DNA from: Lama glama
Lineage: Eukaryota
Assembly (NCBI GenBank): GCA_028534125.1
Contig: CM052817.1
Span: 73,720,001 to 73,784,000, forward strand
DNA length: 64,000 nt
Reading direction: 5' to 3'
The notes beneath the pieces are model-generated. The model worked only from the letters and a program-made list of their open reading frames with translations, made no database searches and was not told the origin of the DNA. Position numbers and translations under genes: made by a program. Of this stretch, positions 26,508 to 38,874 are shown one piece after another (positions within the stretch are counted from its first letter, which is position 1; the number at the start of each line of letters is the position of its first letter).

Positions 26508-29017
26508 GTGACCTATGGAATAAGGTCAAATTCCTTTATCCCAATATATAAGATCTTCATATTTTGCATCTCTATTTCTTATCCATTTTATATTTCATTA
26601 TGAATCTTTTTATTTGATATGTTTTTAATGCTCTATTAAACAAGTAATTTGGGATTTATGTACATTAATTACTTTAAAAGAGAAAGAACATTCAAATTCT
26701 CATATGGATATATGAACTTCTTCCAAAAATGCCTATGAGATTGGATATGAAATATTTTAAATTTTAACATGTTATTTTAGACTTTTTTCAAGTATATTGC
26801 ATTCCCTCAATTGTAATATTGATTCATTAACTTTCTAAATTTGCAATATGCTGGAAAATAGACAATGAAACCACAAGAACTCTTAGTTCATTTAGATAAA
26901 ATCATCATAAGTAATGCCAAAAAAGGAACCCAAGGAAAATGAAGTTAACCTCAGTCAAACCAAGTCCACTTCACCCTGAACCATAAGAAATATATTAATT
27001 GTATGAAAGATCTTAGTTTTTTTTTTAAAGGAAAGTAAACTCTCATCAGTAAATATTCAAGTCTTATCTGCTTTATAGAACAACCTAACTTCTTGAGTTA
27101 CCTTGCAAAGTTTTTAGTAACCTAACATATTTTTCTTGTAGTGGCCCACTGTCCACTAATATGTTACTATAAAAAGGAAGAACATTTATTTTTGTGAGAA
27201 GACAACAAAATGTCATGAAACCACACAAAACTTAGAGCCCAGAGGCTCAAGTTTAAGTTCCATCTCCACTTTTGTCAAGTCATTTCAATTCAGAAAGTGA
27301 CATTTTTCTAAACTCTAAAACAAGAAAATAATAATACATTCAATTTTACACCACTGGGTTGCAATGCAAATTAAATGATGAAATGAAAAGGACTTCCTAA
27401 GGTATACATATTGTCATTGCAATTAGTGTGTATAATTCACCAAGAATCAGAAAAATTAAAATTGACCTCTACACAGACTATGAGAGTGATTCTCCTCAGT
27501 CACCTGAATTTTCTAGGTATAAAGTAAATGTTGTTATCTCATGTTGATTCTTTATTATTACCCTTCAAGAATGTGCCTTAGAGATTTGGCAAATGAAATG
27601 ACTAATGTTAACTAATGAGCCACTATCTATCAGGCTTTGTGCTGGGGGCTTTATGTGTGATGTTTCATCAATCAACAGAGACAAATGTTATGAGGTGGGC
27701 ATTTGCCTGAGTTTACAAATGCAGGCACTGAGCCCACAAGTGGTTAAGTGATGTCCCCAGGGTCACAGATCCGTCTCTCACATACAGGTCTTTTCTACTG
27801 AAGGATATCTTCCTGTGATGTTTGAATCTGCCTTTCAAAATTTACAATGGTGGTATCCTTTATTTTGAAGCTGAAACCTTATTGTTAATCTGCCATCGCT
27901 AATATATAAAAGAACTTCAGTCATCCTCAGATTAACGTAACATGTAGTTAAAGGAATTTTTAAGTCAAAGAGCACCACCACTAGGATTACTACTAAAACT
28001 CAATGAACTAAATAAAATAGAAAATAATTTCCAAACACCCAGGAGGGCAAAAGAGGCAACTCTTCAGCCAAAGTATTGCTGTTTCTAAATACATAAAACT
28101 CGAAGCTAGTATGGTGTATGAAAGAAGAGAAGAAACAGTAGTCTCTCTTTTGCTTCTAAGCTTGAGTTTCTGGGGAGCATTCTGACATGTAACATAGAAA
28201 CCAGGACTTTCCATACCCTGTTGTATTTCTCAATGGAAAGCAATCTGGGCTGCACCAACTTTCCAAAAATATCACCAGTGTTGGCGTGCTGAGATTCCTT
28301 AAACTGAAACTTGGATGAAAAATTTTTTCTTTATAAAATTGGTCTCAAAACTACCATGAGAATTTGGAAATTTGTTAAAAAAAAATACCATTTGGCTTCT
28401 AATCATTTAAAGGATATGGGAGAAATTCATAAATTTCGCATAAGACAATATTATTTTTTAAAAACTTTGAGTTTTAATTTTTCTTTTCCAAATAGTTATA
28501 AATCTGTTAACTTATTTTCCTTAGAAGATTAAACTGGTCATGTATTTATCTTTTTATCTCTTACACATTCAGGAAAGAGAATAAATCTTATCATTTGCTC
28601 TCTATTCTTGAAACTCGGGTATACTTATGCTTTTTTATTTAGCAATTGTTCCTAAGATCATAATATTATAAGCAAGGTTAACATCCAGATATTAAAAATA
28701 GACTCTGTCACCATTTCATAAAAACTTATAGCCAGTTATAAGTCAATAAAATTGTCTGAAGGTTCGGATACTCGCACTATGTACAAAATTTATTGGTTAC
28801 ACTGCAGTGACTTCAGAATGAAGGACATCATTTATCTTTTATTGGACATAATCCCAGATATTATACTAAAGGCTAACAGTTCTTAAAGTGCTCTGATTTT
28901 TGGTCTTGACCTTTTTAACCACTGAACTGAAAAGGTGCAAAAATATCAGTTAGTTCCTATGTTTCCTTTCTCAAAAACAGAAGGGCAAGGTCAAAGCACC
29001 ATTTTCAAAATAATGTT

Positions 29018-29092
29018 AGACCTTTACCAGACCTTTACCAACCAGACCTTTACCAACAAGAAGGTACCAGACCTTTATCAACAAGAAGGTAC
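29018..29092. repeat. Nested tandem duplication (units 11/15/25/24 bp, each starting AGACCTTTA)
   Basis: AGACCTTTACC | AGACCTTTACCAACC | AGACCTTTACCAACAAGAAGGTACC | AGACCTTTATCAACAAGAAGGTAC. Confidence 0.9.
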
Positions 29093-29169
29093 ACTCAACA
29101 GTGACCTTATCATATGCTCCCATAGTTATGACTCAGACCACAAAGCCTTTCTGGAAATCACATTAAAAA

Positions 29170-29372
29170 TGTGGGTGCTGGAATCTAAATTCTCATTTTA
29201 TTTACTTACCAGCTATGTGACCCTGGGCAATCAACTTCTCCAGGACTCAACTGTTTTCTTAATTGCAAAACAGTGATCATAACAACACTGAAGTCATAGC
29301 ATTGTTGTGATAATTAAATGAGATGTTCGCAAAATGCTCAGCAGAACAAGCATTCAATAAATGTTAGCAACT
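29170..29372 (+). mobile_element. MIR SINE
   Basis: ACTTACCAGCTATGTGACCCTGGGCAA core; TTAAATGAGAT; CATTCAATAAATGTTAGC. Confidence 0.7.
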
Positions 29373-29563
29373 GGTAGTCCTTAATTATAATGAGGTCATC
29401 TTTTTATATTGATTCTCCACTTAAGCTTTAGCAAAAGTGGTGCTGGTTCTCACAGGCAGGACAGAACATAAAAGGTATTGTCATAGCCTGTGTCATCAAA
29501 TAGGAAAGATCACATTTAGTAGCAATTTGATAACAGTTACTGTTTATCTGAGTTACTTTAAAT

Positions 29564-29613
29564 TAAAATCTTTTTCTGGAACTAAAATCTTTTTCTGGAA
29601 CTAAAATCTTTTT
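29564..29613. repeat. 19-bp tandem repeat, ~2.6 copies
   Basis: TAAAATCTTTTTCTGGAAC twice, plus TAAAATCTTTTT. Confidence 0.9.
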
Positions 29614-30414
29614 TACAAATATCATTCGGATCTATCTGGTCTGGACCTCTCTTTTAAAATGCCAAAACAATTTTATTAGCCTGGAACTTTATAAAGGCAA
29701 CGAAAATGAATAGCTGGGTATTGAATGAATGGAATATGAAAGGAACTATATATCGTTTTCTAACAAGTTAAATGAGGTACAAATATATGTGCAAATAATC
29801 TAACTATACATCAATGGGTTTATTTTGACCCCTCATTTAGAAGCAGCAAAAGGTGGCACGTCTGTCTAGTTCTGGTTGTGTGTGTCCTTTTGTTTTTGGA
29901 TTTTGCATTATTCTCTGATTTTCTTCAATACATTAATGCCAATTCTTGCTCTATACTAAGTAGTGCTGATTCAAACTGGATTTGAATGATGTCTGCCAAA
30001 TATTTTGAGCACCCAGAATTTTCAGTTTCAATGTTGATAGTCCTTCAATGTAAAATAATTCCAGTAGAGACTTTTCATCAACTACTTGTCCCTAGTTCTG
30101 AAAAATTTTGCCTCTCTTTGTAACAACATAAATTTGTGAAGACGTTTGATATGTAACTCTTATTTCATTTAAAAAATGCCAAGGGTAACTTCATGCAAAT
30201 TATTTCTGTGACTGTCTTCTTAAATACTCTGCTGAAGTGGTTTAGATTGAACAGAACAATTTATAGTCTAAGAATTATCCTGAATGCTCTCTTTCAATGA
30301 CTAAAAGATGTAGATTTTAAAACAGCTGTTAGGCAGCCACTCAACCTCAGATGTTACCATCAAGCAGTCTTTCTGCCGCTCTGAACACAGGCTCACCCTC
30401 TGCTCCTCTGTTTA

Positions 30415-31600
30415 GTCAAGCATGTGCTGTAAGTTTCCTACATGCAGGCACTGTCCTAGGTGCAGTGAAGAGAGAGACAAAACCCTGCTCTCATACAGCT
30501 CACAGTCTGCAACCTGATAGGAGGCAGCCGATCACCAAGGAAAAAAGAAAATACGTGGGAAGAGAGATGATGGTAAATGACAGTGAGAGACACTGTTGGG
30601 GAGGAGGAGTGGAAGCGGAAAGGGAGCAGCGTGTCACTGGAGGAAGGATGGTCGGAAGAAGACCTGGAGGAGTTGGACAAGGAGGCCCTGTGCTGTTTGG
30701 AGGGAATCCCTTTTAGAGGAAGCCCTGATTGGGAGAAGCCTCAAGGAGGGCACATGCCTGGTGGATCTGAGGCCAGTGTAGCCGGAGTAGAATGAGGGAG
30801 GGGGAAGAAGCAGGAGGTCAGGGGAGAGCCGAAGGCGGCACTAGAGAGCTCATAGGCTATTTCAAGAAATAGGAAATGACCATGGAGGTGAGTAGATGAG
30901 GCAGGGAGAAGGAAACATCATTGGCAGAGAAGTCAGGAACCTGAAAGTCTAGAGTTTTGGAGAAACCACGTTCATCCATGTTGGAGAAAGTGGCAATGAA
31001 CTAGTAGCTAAATTCTTCAACAGATGAGGATGAGATCAAAAAGATACAGGCTGATGGCATCTGGAGGTTTATGTAAAAGGAGGAGGAAAAATAGTTTCAA
31101 AGAACAAAGAGGATCAAGGAGCATCAGCACAGCTCCACCATGGCCAGTGGTCACCTGGGGCAGTGTGGGGAGCTAAATACTATCCCTAGAGTAGGCTTCA
31201 GGGAAGCAGTGGCTTTGGGTTTCTTTTAAAATAAAAAGGCTAAGAGAAATGTTCAGAGGAAAAATTTAGGATACAGACACGCTGCTGATAACCACATTCG
31301 TGTGTTCTAGACAACCTTCAGAAAAAGGAAAGTGATCAGAGACAGAGTCAGAAAAGGGGACAGCAAGGCATACAGGGGTTGCATTTGGAGGGATGAAGAG
31401 TGACTTGGTGGCTGGCACAAGCAGGGATACAGGGAATGAGAAGTTTAGTCCAACTAGATAGTGATGGTGAATTGTGGGAGTCATTTGGAGAAGGAAATGG
31501 GGCAGGGGAGTCTAGACAAGAGCCATAGACGTGGAGTCCTACCTTGGCTTCTACTGTGGAGGGTCGACAGAGGGAAAATCTTGATCCAAACGTGTATGCA
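30415..31600 (-). mobile_element. L2 fragment(s)
   Basis: CCTACATGCAGGCACTGTCCTAGGTGC...AAACCCTGCTCTCAT...GCTCACAGTCT followed by a purine-rich L2 body. Confidence 0.55.
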
Positions 31601-34600
31601 ACACAGCTCTTCAGATATGCACTCAGCCAAACACAGCTGGAGTGTAAGGTGGGATGTAGATGCCATTCTTGCACAGTCATTTTTCTGCTTGGTTATTTCC
31701 TTTGTGCCGTTAAAAACCATCCAGCCCCTTTGCAGTAGCTGAGATTTTGCTTGCTCCTAGGCTAACGTTCTCTTCCTTTGCTGATCACTTACTCTAAACA
31801 GTCTTTTTCTTTTCTTCTATAGAAGTTTCCCAGTCCTTTCTCCTTTCCTCCCTACTGTCATAAATTTCTCTTTCTCTTTGTGTATGTGTGTGTGTGTGTA
31901 TGTGTGTGTGTGTGTCTTGATGATTGTAAACAAGTAACCCCAAATCCTAGGGTCTCTAGTCTTTTCAAGACCTTCTCTCTTTTGGAATAAAGAGAAAGAA
32001 AAAAAAAAAAGAAACCTTATTTCAGATGATAACTTCTTCAGATTCTTAGAAATGAAGGAAGTGGACGTATAGAAGAGAATTAAGCAGTTCTGTATTAAGA
32101 AGTGGTTGATTGTCCATTAAGATGGACATGATCAGGGGCTACCAACTTTGGGCTCAAATGATATGACATTAAGTGGGTGAGAACACCCAGTGTGCTGCAC
32201 ATACTAATTCAGGAGACCAACTTATAGCTCTGACAGCTGCAGTTGGATAGAAGTTAATTAACAAAAATTGGGGCTGGCCATAATTGGTGATGTCACTCAA
32301 ACTAGAGTAGCTGGATGGAAAAATTCTGGATAAATACTAATGAGTTTATTCCTTCCAATGTAATCAAAATTATTATTTTTTCTTTAAGACAGTTTGTAAT
32401 TCTGTGGGAAATAATAAAGCTTCTAATACTTAGGAAGGTTCTAGTCATGCCTTCTCAGACATCTATTCTGCTTTCTAGATGGAAAAGACCCAAGTTTTAT
32501 CAGGTTATGTTTACAGCCATCTCTTGAGGCAGTATTTCTTCTACTGTGAGAAGGAGACTTTTTGGGGGCCCCTGAGAACACATCTATACGTTTCAGTTTG
32601 AGAAATACTGCATTAAAATGTATGTTCCTTGAAATGATTCCTCAGAATCAATCAAGAACACAGCAATCAAGAATGCAAGAACAAGAAATTACTAGATTAT
32701 ATTTAAATAAATGTGATTATCCAGATGATCCAGAATATACTTCTCTTAATTTTTTTAAGATTGGCAATTAAATGAAAATATTAAATTGAAAAAATTCTCA
32801 GAGAATTCTGAGATCCTTAAGAACAAACACATCCAAGGATTCTAGACTGAGAAAGGCTACTTTAGATTAAGTGTTTCTCTTAGGGACTTATTTGCTCTTA
32901 TACATGTTAATGTTAACCAGCTTCAGCCTCAGAGAGTGCACTTTTCCTGACTGTTTCCAAAGGCCAGAGATGGGTGTATTTGTGCCTGACTTGTCCATGC
33001 ACTGACCACATTTACTGACAAAATGTATGGTGACTGGAGGAAGTAAGCAAACTCCCGTATGTCTCTGCGTGGTACTTACTATTCATTAGCTTGTCCATTG
33101 TAGGAATATTGCCTGAAGTATCTTCCTCTTGTGCTAGGCACTGTGTTAGGGGTAGAGGTTACAAAAGTGAATAGATTTGACTTTTCTTCATGGGAGGCCT
33201 TGTTGGGAAGATAAACAGGAAACACAAAGCACAATCAGTTGTGAAAAGAAACAAATTTTGTGACTGTTCAGAGGATAAAGTGACTAAACTAGCTTGTGTA
33301 TCAGACAAACCTGAAATTGATACCGAATGCAATTTCCAGGAATTATTTTATAATGATGGTGAGCAGAGTGTTGGTGTGGTACTTGGAAGACTCCTATAAG
33401 CTAACTTTTGTTGTTTGATGGCTTACTCCTCACTCTTCCCATGTTCTTTTAGACTCCAGCAAGCCAAATTTGGCTTATTTTTAATTAAAATTGTTAAAAG
33501 TGTGTGGGGGGGAGGGGAGATTAGAAGTCATTGTAATTCTCTACTAACATGACTAGATTTTTGTATGAGTACCTTGAAATATACTTGGTTCCTAGCACAA
33601 TGTTTGGCATACAATAAATGTTCAAAAAAGTTTTAATAGGTGAATAATTGATATTCAGTTATTATTTATTGAATTTAAGCTTTCTCTAATCTATATTCAT
33701 TTAAAACTCTGTACCACGTTTTTATCTGAACGTAATATTTCATCCAAAACTGTTTCCTCTCTTGTGCCACATTATGGGTGGAGGACACAGCACATACTGA
33801 GATAAGGTGTAGAACCTTTTTAGGTTCCATTCTCCTTTCTTGCTTCCCTCCCTTTGAGACCCCACCCATCCATCCCTCTCTCACTTCAGTCTCACCCTTG
33901 GCCCACCTATCCACTTCAGGCTGCCCCACTAGGGAATTTTCTCAATTCATTTTTTTAAAAAAGGTTACTGGTTAATTCTGATACACACTCCTTCCCCTGC
34001 TTGCTGATCTTGATAAATTCTGTGTTGGAAGGAGAAAATCCATGATTTTAATGCCCTCTTTTAAGATGAGTTGATGTAAATGTGAAATGAGCCAGTGATA
34101 AATATACGAAGAGAAGACAGTCTCGTAGATGTTTTCTTTAAATCTTCTGGAAATTATACTCTCATTACTTGTCAGCTAAGAGCCACAGAATTTTATTACT
34201 GTAAGTAACTTAAGGGATCAACCAACCAAACCCCTTTCCTCCATTTTTACTTTAAATTAAAACAGCTTAGCTTGGCATGGATATGATACTATAACATTCT
34301 GCATTCATTATAGAATTCCTTTCTAATTTTGATACATTTAGACATTATATGTCTAGAAGACTAAGGCAAATAATTTTCTCCTTAATTGCTGACTTATTAT
34401 GAGAGATGGGGATATTTTTATTCTGAAGAATATCAAATAGAGTTAATGAGAAACTGAAGTCTAAAGAAAGTGAAATAGGATTATAATACAGGGTCCATAG
34501 CTTTTTTATTTTTTTAACTGTAGGGGTTAAGAGTGCAGTCTGTGAGCTAGAATCACTGAGTAGCTCATAACTCATAATGTTCGATTCAGAGTTAAATGAG

Positions 34601-35909
34601 TTAATGCAATTAAAAACGTAGAACCAAGCCTGACATGAGAATAAACTCTAATAAGTTTCAGTTATTATTTAAATAATTTGCTGCTGACTTTTAAATTTAA
34701 TGTTTAAATCTCTTTAAACCATGACTATTTATGGTAAGTAGCTCAAATAGTTCGCTTTCTTTGAGCTTCATGCTAAATCAGATGTTTTGCTTTAGCACAT
34801 GTTAAGTCAAATACTAAAGAAATAATTGTATCTATCATTTCTCTTAAATTAACTTAACCAAAGAAAGGAGACCCTGTGAAAGTGACATTTAAATTAAGAG
34901 AGTTAAAACTCAGTAGTAAAATTGCTATTTTGAATTGTTGATAGAATGACTATGAGTGGACCAGGTTCCTGTTCGCTTTTTAGGTTTCATTAGAATTCAA
35001 AATTCTTTTTAAAATAATCATGTCTGCACAAATTAATAATATTCCCAACCCAGGTAAACATTATATGTTAGACTCAAAAATACTCCATTCAATTCATCAT
35101 CTTTAACCAAATCTCTGTGATAGAAAACAGAAGAAGAGAGTTAGGAATGTATGTGAATTTGTTAGAACCTCGCACTTAGAGCTGAGCTTACTGATTAACT
35201 GGCACGTGTATATTAGTTATAGATTTGTCCTAAGATGCAAAACAGTTTAATGTGTTTTGATGCAATCATTTAACCTTCATGGGTGTTCAGCTGTATCTTT
35301 TTGAATCTGTTCCTCAACTTTTCCAGCAGGACTAATCCACACCTTTTCCATATGTGCCAGAAACATAACTAGTGCTCAAATGGCCCTGTCAGGTTTTTAT
35401 TGACTATCTGTTCTACCTGAGGTTTCATCCACTGGTTTTATATGATCATAGAAAAGCAATCAGTGGACAAAATATCTCATAAAATCAGCACGAGAAATGG
35501 AGAACAGACCTTATTGTAAAATTTGATGGTAAACAAAATGTTATAATATTATTTTATAAAAATTTAATAAGAGTGCTAAACAAAAAAGATAACTCTGCCC
35601 CTCAAGGTGGATAATGTGCACATGGCTGTTTTAAGGTTGTATTAAGATCTTATTTTTTTAAATGATGTGGTATATTTAGTCATTTTAGTGATACTATATA
35701 GAAATAGCATTATTCTAAAAATTGTAGGTCAGGATGACATGTTGCCTGGGACTCACAGATGTACAGGCCCAATCAATACTTTGTTTCCAATAAGCCAGCT
35801 CAATAAATATTTGTTGGTTGTTTCAAAAGACTCAAGTTCATATTATTTTATTAACATTAATTTACATAAAGCCAGTATCAAAGACTTATCAATAGTAGCC
35901 TGCTTTGGT

Positions 35910-37500
35910 TGGTTCCTATTCAGGATGCTGCCACAGCAATGGCAGCAGCTGGCAGGACAGCTCTGGGATTCCTGGGTTTGAGAGGACCCGTGGTCCTGGG
36001 CCCTGGCCCCGGCACTCGGGCAAGGGCAGCAAGGAGTGCTTGAAAGAGATGGAGGCAGAGATGGCCCTGTTTGAGCAGGAAGTTTTGGGGCTCTCATGAC
36101 CAGAATTCCAACTGGTATGCCTGTGGCACCCATGGTGCCCACAGTCCCCACGGTAGAGTCGCTGCGGGTCCCAGCAGTTCCTGTGATCTGCCCAATGATT
36201 ACAGCCAACACCATCAGGTCAAACAGACTCTCTAGACCCACACAGCTGCTGCAGCCACAGGGGTTCCTCCCAAGATAGGTGACCCTCCTTTTGTGAACTC
36301 AGGTGCATTTGGTGATTGGAGTCACCTAGACAGTCTAGAGGCTTGAGAAGCCACATTCCTGCCAGAGCAGCTGTGGCCCCCCCAGAGGGTTCCTATCTCG
36401 CATCCAGCCTTAGTCTTCCACGTGCTACAAAGAGCACATTCTGCTCTTTCCTCTGCAGCAGGTGGTCCTCAACCCATGGCCCTGTGGCCCCCTCACCAGG
36501 CCCTCATGGGCCCCTTTTCTGCTTGGACCAACCCCTGGACCACCTCTAATGCTGCCACTGATGGCTCGGGGTGCTGGGACCCTTCTCTGGGCTCCGTGGC
36601 TGCCCTGAGGCCTCCTCTAGAAGACCCAGCAACAACCCAAGAGCTGGGTGTTGAGACCTGGGATTGATTCTGCAAGAGAAGGAAGAGGCAGTGGTGGTGG
36701 CAGCAGCGGGGCTGGAGGAGCCTGGTACATTGGTGGCTGCAGGGGCAGGAGGCACCCTAGCTAGTCCTGCAGACTTTGGATCCTGGCTACCACTGGCCCT
36801 GACCATGGCTTTGCCTGAGTCCCTGTCCCTCCTGCTGGAAGCAGTCTGCCAGGCCTACTGTGCATTCCTGAACTCCTGGTCCCACTGTTTGTGGTCCCAG
36901 ACCCCCTGCCCTGGCCTCACAGCTCTCTAGATCCCAGAGCCCTGGGGTGAGGACAGGAAGGAAGTAAAGCTGGATAAATTGAAACATAACATTCCAATGG
37001 CAACTGGGAGCAGCCGGGAGGACATCAGCCTGCTGGAGTGGGATGCAGATGACTTTGGATCTCCTGTGGGGATCTGGCAATGAAGAGGAACTGACATCTT
37101 GGAACTCACCTTTAGCCCCTTCCCATCCTTGCGTGAGGCTAACGTGATCCCTGACAAGTGCATGGTCAAGACCAAGGGCTATGACTTTCTTAGCTTTAAG
37201 GACCCCAGTGACAGTGTTCACACCCTGTGTGAAATAAACGTGAAGTATGTAGGCTTGCGCCCCACCCAGCTGCGTCAGCATCCGTGCAAGGACTGGAATC
37301 TGGACATTGCGTGTAAGAAGCAGAAGGAGAAGACACTGGGCCAGAGATAGGATCTGTGGCCAGACACCCACTCCCTTTTGGCTGGGCACTGGCTTCTCTC
37401 TGCAGTTCTGTGTGGAAAACTCACAACTGTCCCTTCACCCATCCTCCCCAAAACAGTTCTAGTAAATTTACATTCATTGCCCCCCATCCTCTCAAAAAAG
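35910..37500 (+). pseudogene. RBM42: Processed pseudogene of RNA-binding motif protein 42
   Basis: Intronless. Frame-shifted fragments match RBM42: LKEMEAEMALFEQEVLG, LQRAHSALSSAAGGPQPMAL, EKEEAVVVAAAGLEE, SLLEWDADDF, RRM remnant KTKGYDFLSFKDPSD, and C-terminus KKQKEKTLGQR-stop at 37350. Start codon region is decayed. Short 3' UTR with AGTAAA and an A-rich remnant near 37494. Confidence 0.93.
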
Positions 37501-38404
37501 GCGAAAGTAGTGACTTTAGCACATAACTGGTGCTCATAAATGTTTGTTTATTGTCATCGTCATCATTTTTCATCATCATCGTTATTCTTCACAGATAAGA
37601 CCATTAGAGGACAGAGAGGTTAGGTGATTTGCCCAGATCCACACTTCTGGTTAGTAACTGCGCAAGGACAAGTTTGCAGTTCTTATCATTCCCAACACCA
37701 CGTTATTATGCCTTCAGGTGATCATACTGCCTTCACAAAAAAAAAAAAAAAAAAAAAAAAGAAGAAGCAGCAAGATAAAAGATAAAAAAGAAGGGAAGAA
37801 AGAAAAACGAAACCCCCTCCCCAGCCACATTCAGTCAGTTGCATAGAAATAAGAAACATTCAACCTTTTAACAACTGTAAAAGGAAAGATTTCCAAATCT
37901 TCTTTAACTCAGTGACAAGGATTCACTTTCATTGCTTCATCTAAATTATTTTTACTGCCTATTTATCTGTTTTCCTCCAGATTTGCTTCAGTAGAATTAT
38001 AATACCAATGACTTTTATTCTCAAGCACACTGAGGATATTAATTCTCTGCTTTGCATACTGTTTTCAGGTTTAATTAATTCTTGGATTTTTCTCTTAACA
38101 TTTTGTTTTTGATTTTTAAGTCATTTAAAATTTTCTAAGTTTTTCCCAAAATGTCTGTCAGTATTTCGAGTCACTGAGCAGTCTAATTACCATCAGCCAC
38201 GTTAATAAAAGTATAGTTGTTGTCTATAAATCCTGCAAGACAGGGAGTACATGAAACTAAGTGAGCATAGCACTTGGCATAGTGCTGTTTCAAGATACCA
38301 AAGGACTGAAAATGTTTTACAATAAAGTATTGGTGGCACAACATATACATTCACATACTCACATGTGTTCTGTAATTCTGATATTATTAAAAATGATACA
38401 AGAA

Positions 38405-38738
38405 GGGGCTTCAAGATGGCAGAATAGGAGGCAGAGCTCACCTCCTCTCACAAATACATCAAAAATATATTGACATGTGGAAAAATTCTCACAGAATACC
38501 TGCTGAACTCTGGCAGAAGATCTTATACAGCAAAGCTACAAAAAAATCTCCACAAAACTGGATAAACAGCAAGGTCCTACTGTATAGCACAGGGAACTAT
38601 ATTTAATAGCTTATAATAATCTATAATGAAAAAGAATATGAAAAAGAATACATATATGTATGTATAACTGAGTCACTATGCTGTACACCAGAAACTAACT
38701 CAACATTGTAAATCAACTTTACTTAAATTTAAAAAAAA
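38405..38738 (+). mobile_element. Short L1 derivative: 5' UTR start joined directly to 3' UTR end
   Basis: Begins GGGGCTTCAAGATGGC (L1 5' terminus / YY1-type motif). At ~38572 it switches to ATAAACAGCAAGGTCCTACTGTATAGCACAGGGAAC, the same 3' UTR seen at 55630-55790. Ends in an A-rich tail. Confidence 0.8.
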
Positions 38739-38741
38739 TGA

Positions 38742-38874
38742 GAGGGAAGGATATAGCTCAGTGGTAGAGTGTGTGCTTAGCATGCACAAGGTCCTGGGTT
38801 CAATCCCCAGCATCTACATTAAAAAAATAATAATAAATTAATAAACCTAATTGCCTCCCTCCACCAAAAAAAAA
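38742..38874 (+). mobile_element. Vic-1-type SINE inserted in the tail of a short L1
   Basis: TAGCTCAGTGGTAGAG...GGGTTCAATCCCCAG, AATAAACCTAATT tail, poly(A). Flanked by tttaaaaa(n)tga on both sides. Confidence 0.87.

Noticed and set aside
29018..29613. Short direct repeats as a CRISPR-like array
   Set aside because: Mammalian intron, tandem units without unique spacers, no cas genes.
35891..37517. Possible TSD of the RBM42 retrocopy (aatagtagcctgcttt / aaagtagtgacttt)
   Set aside because: Too degenerate to assert.
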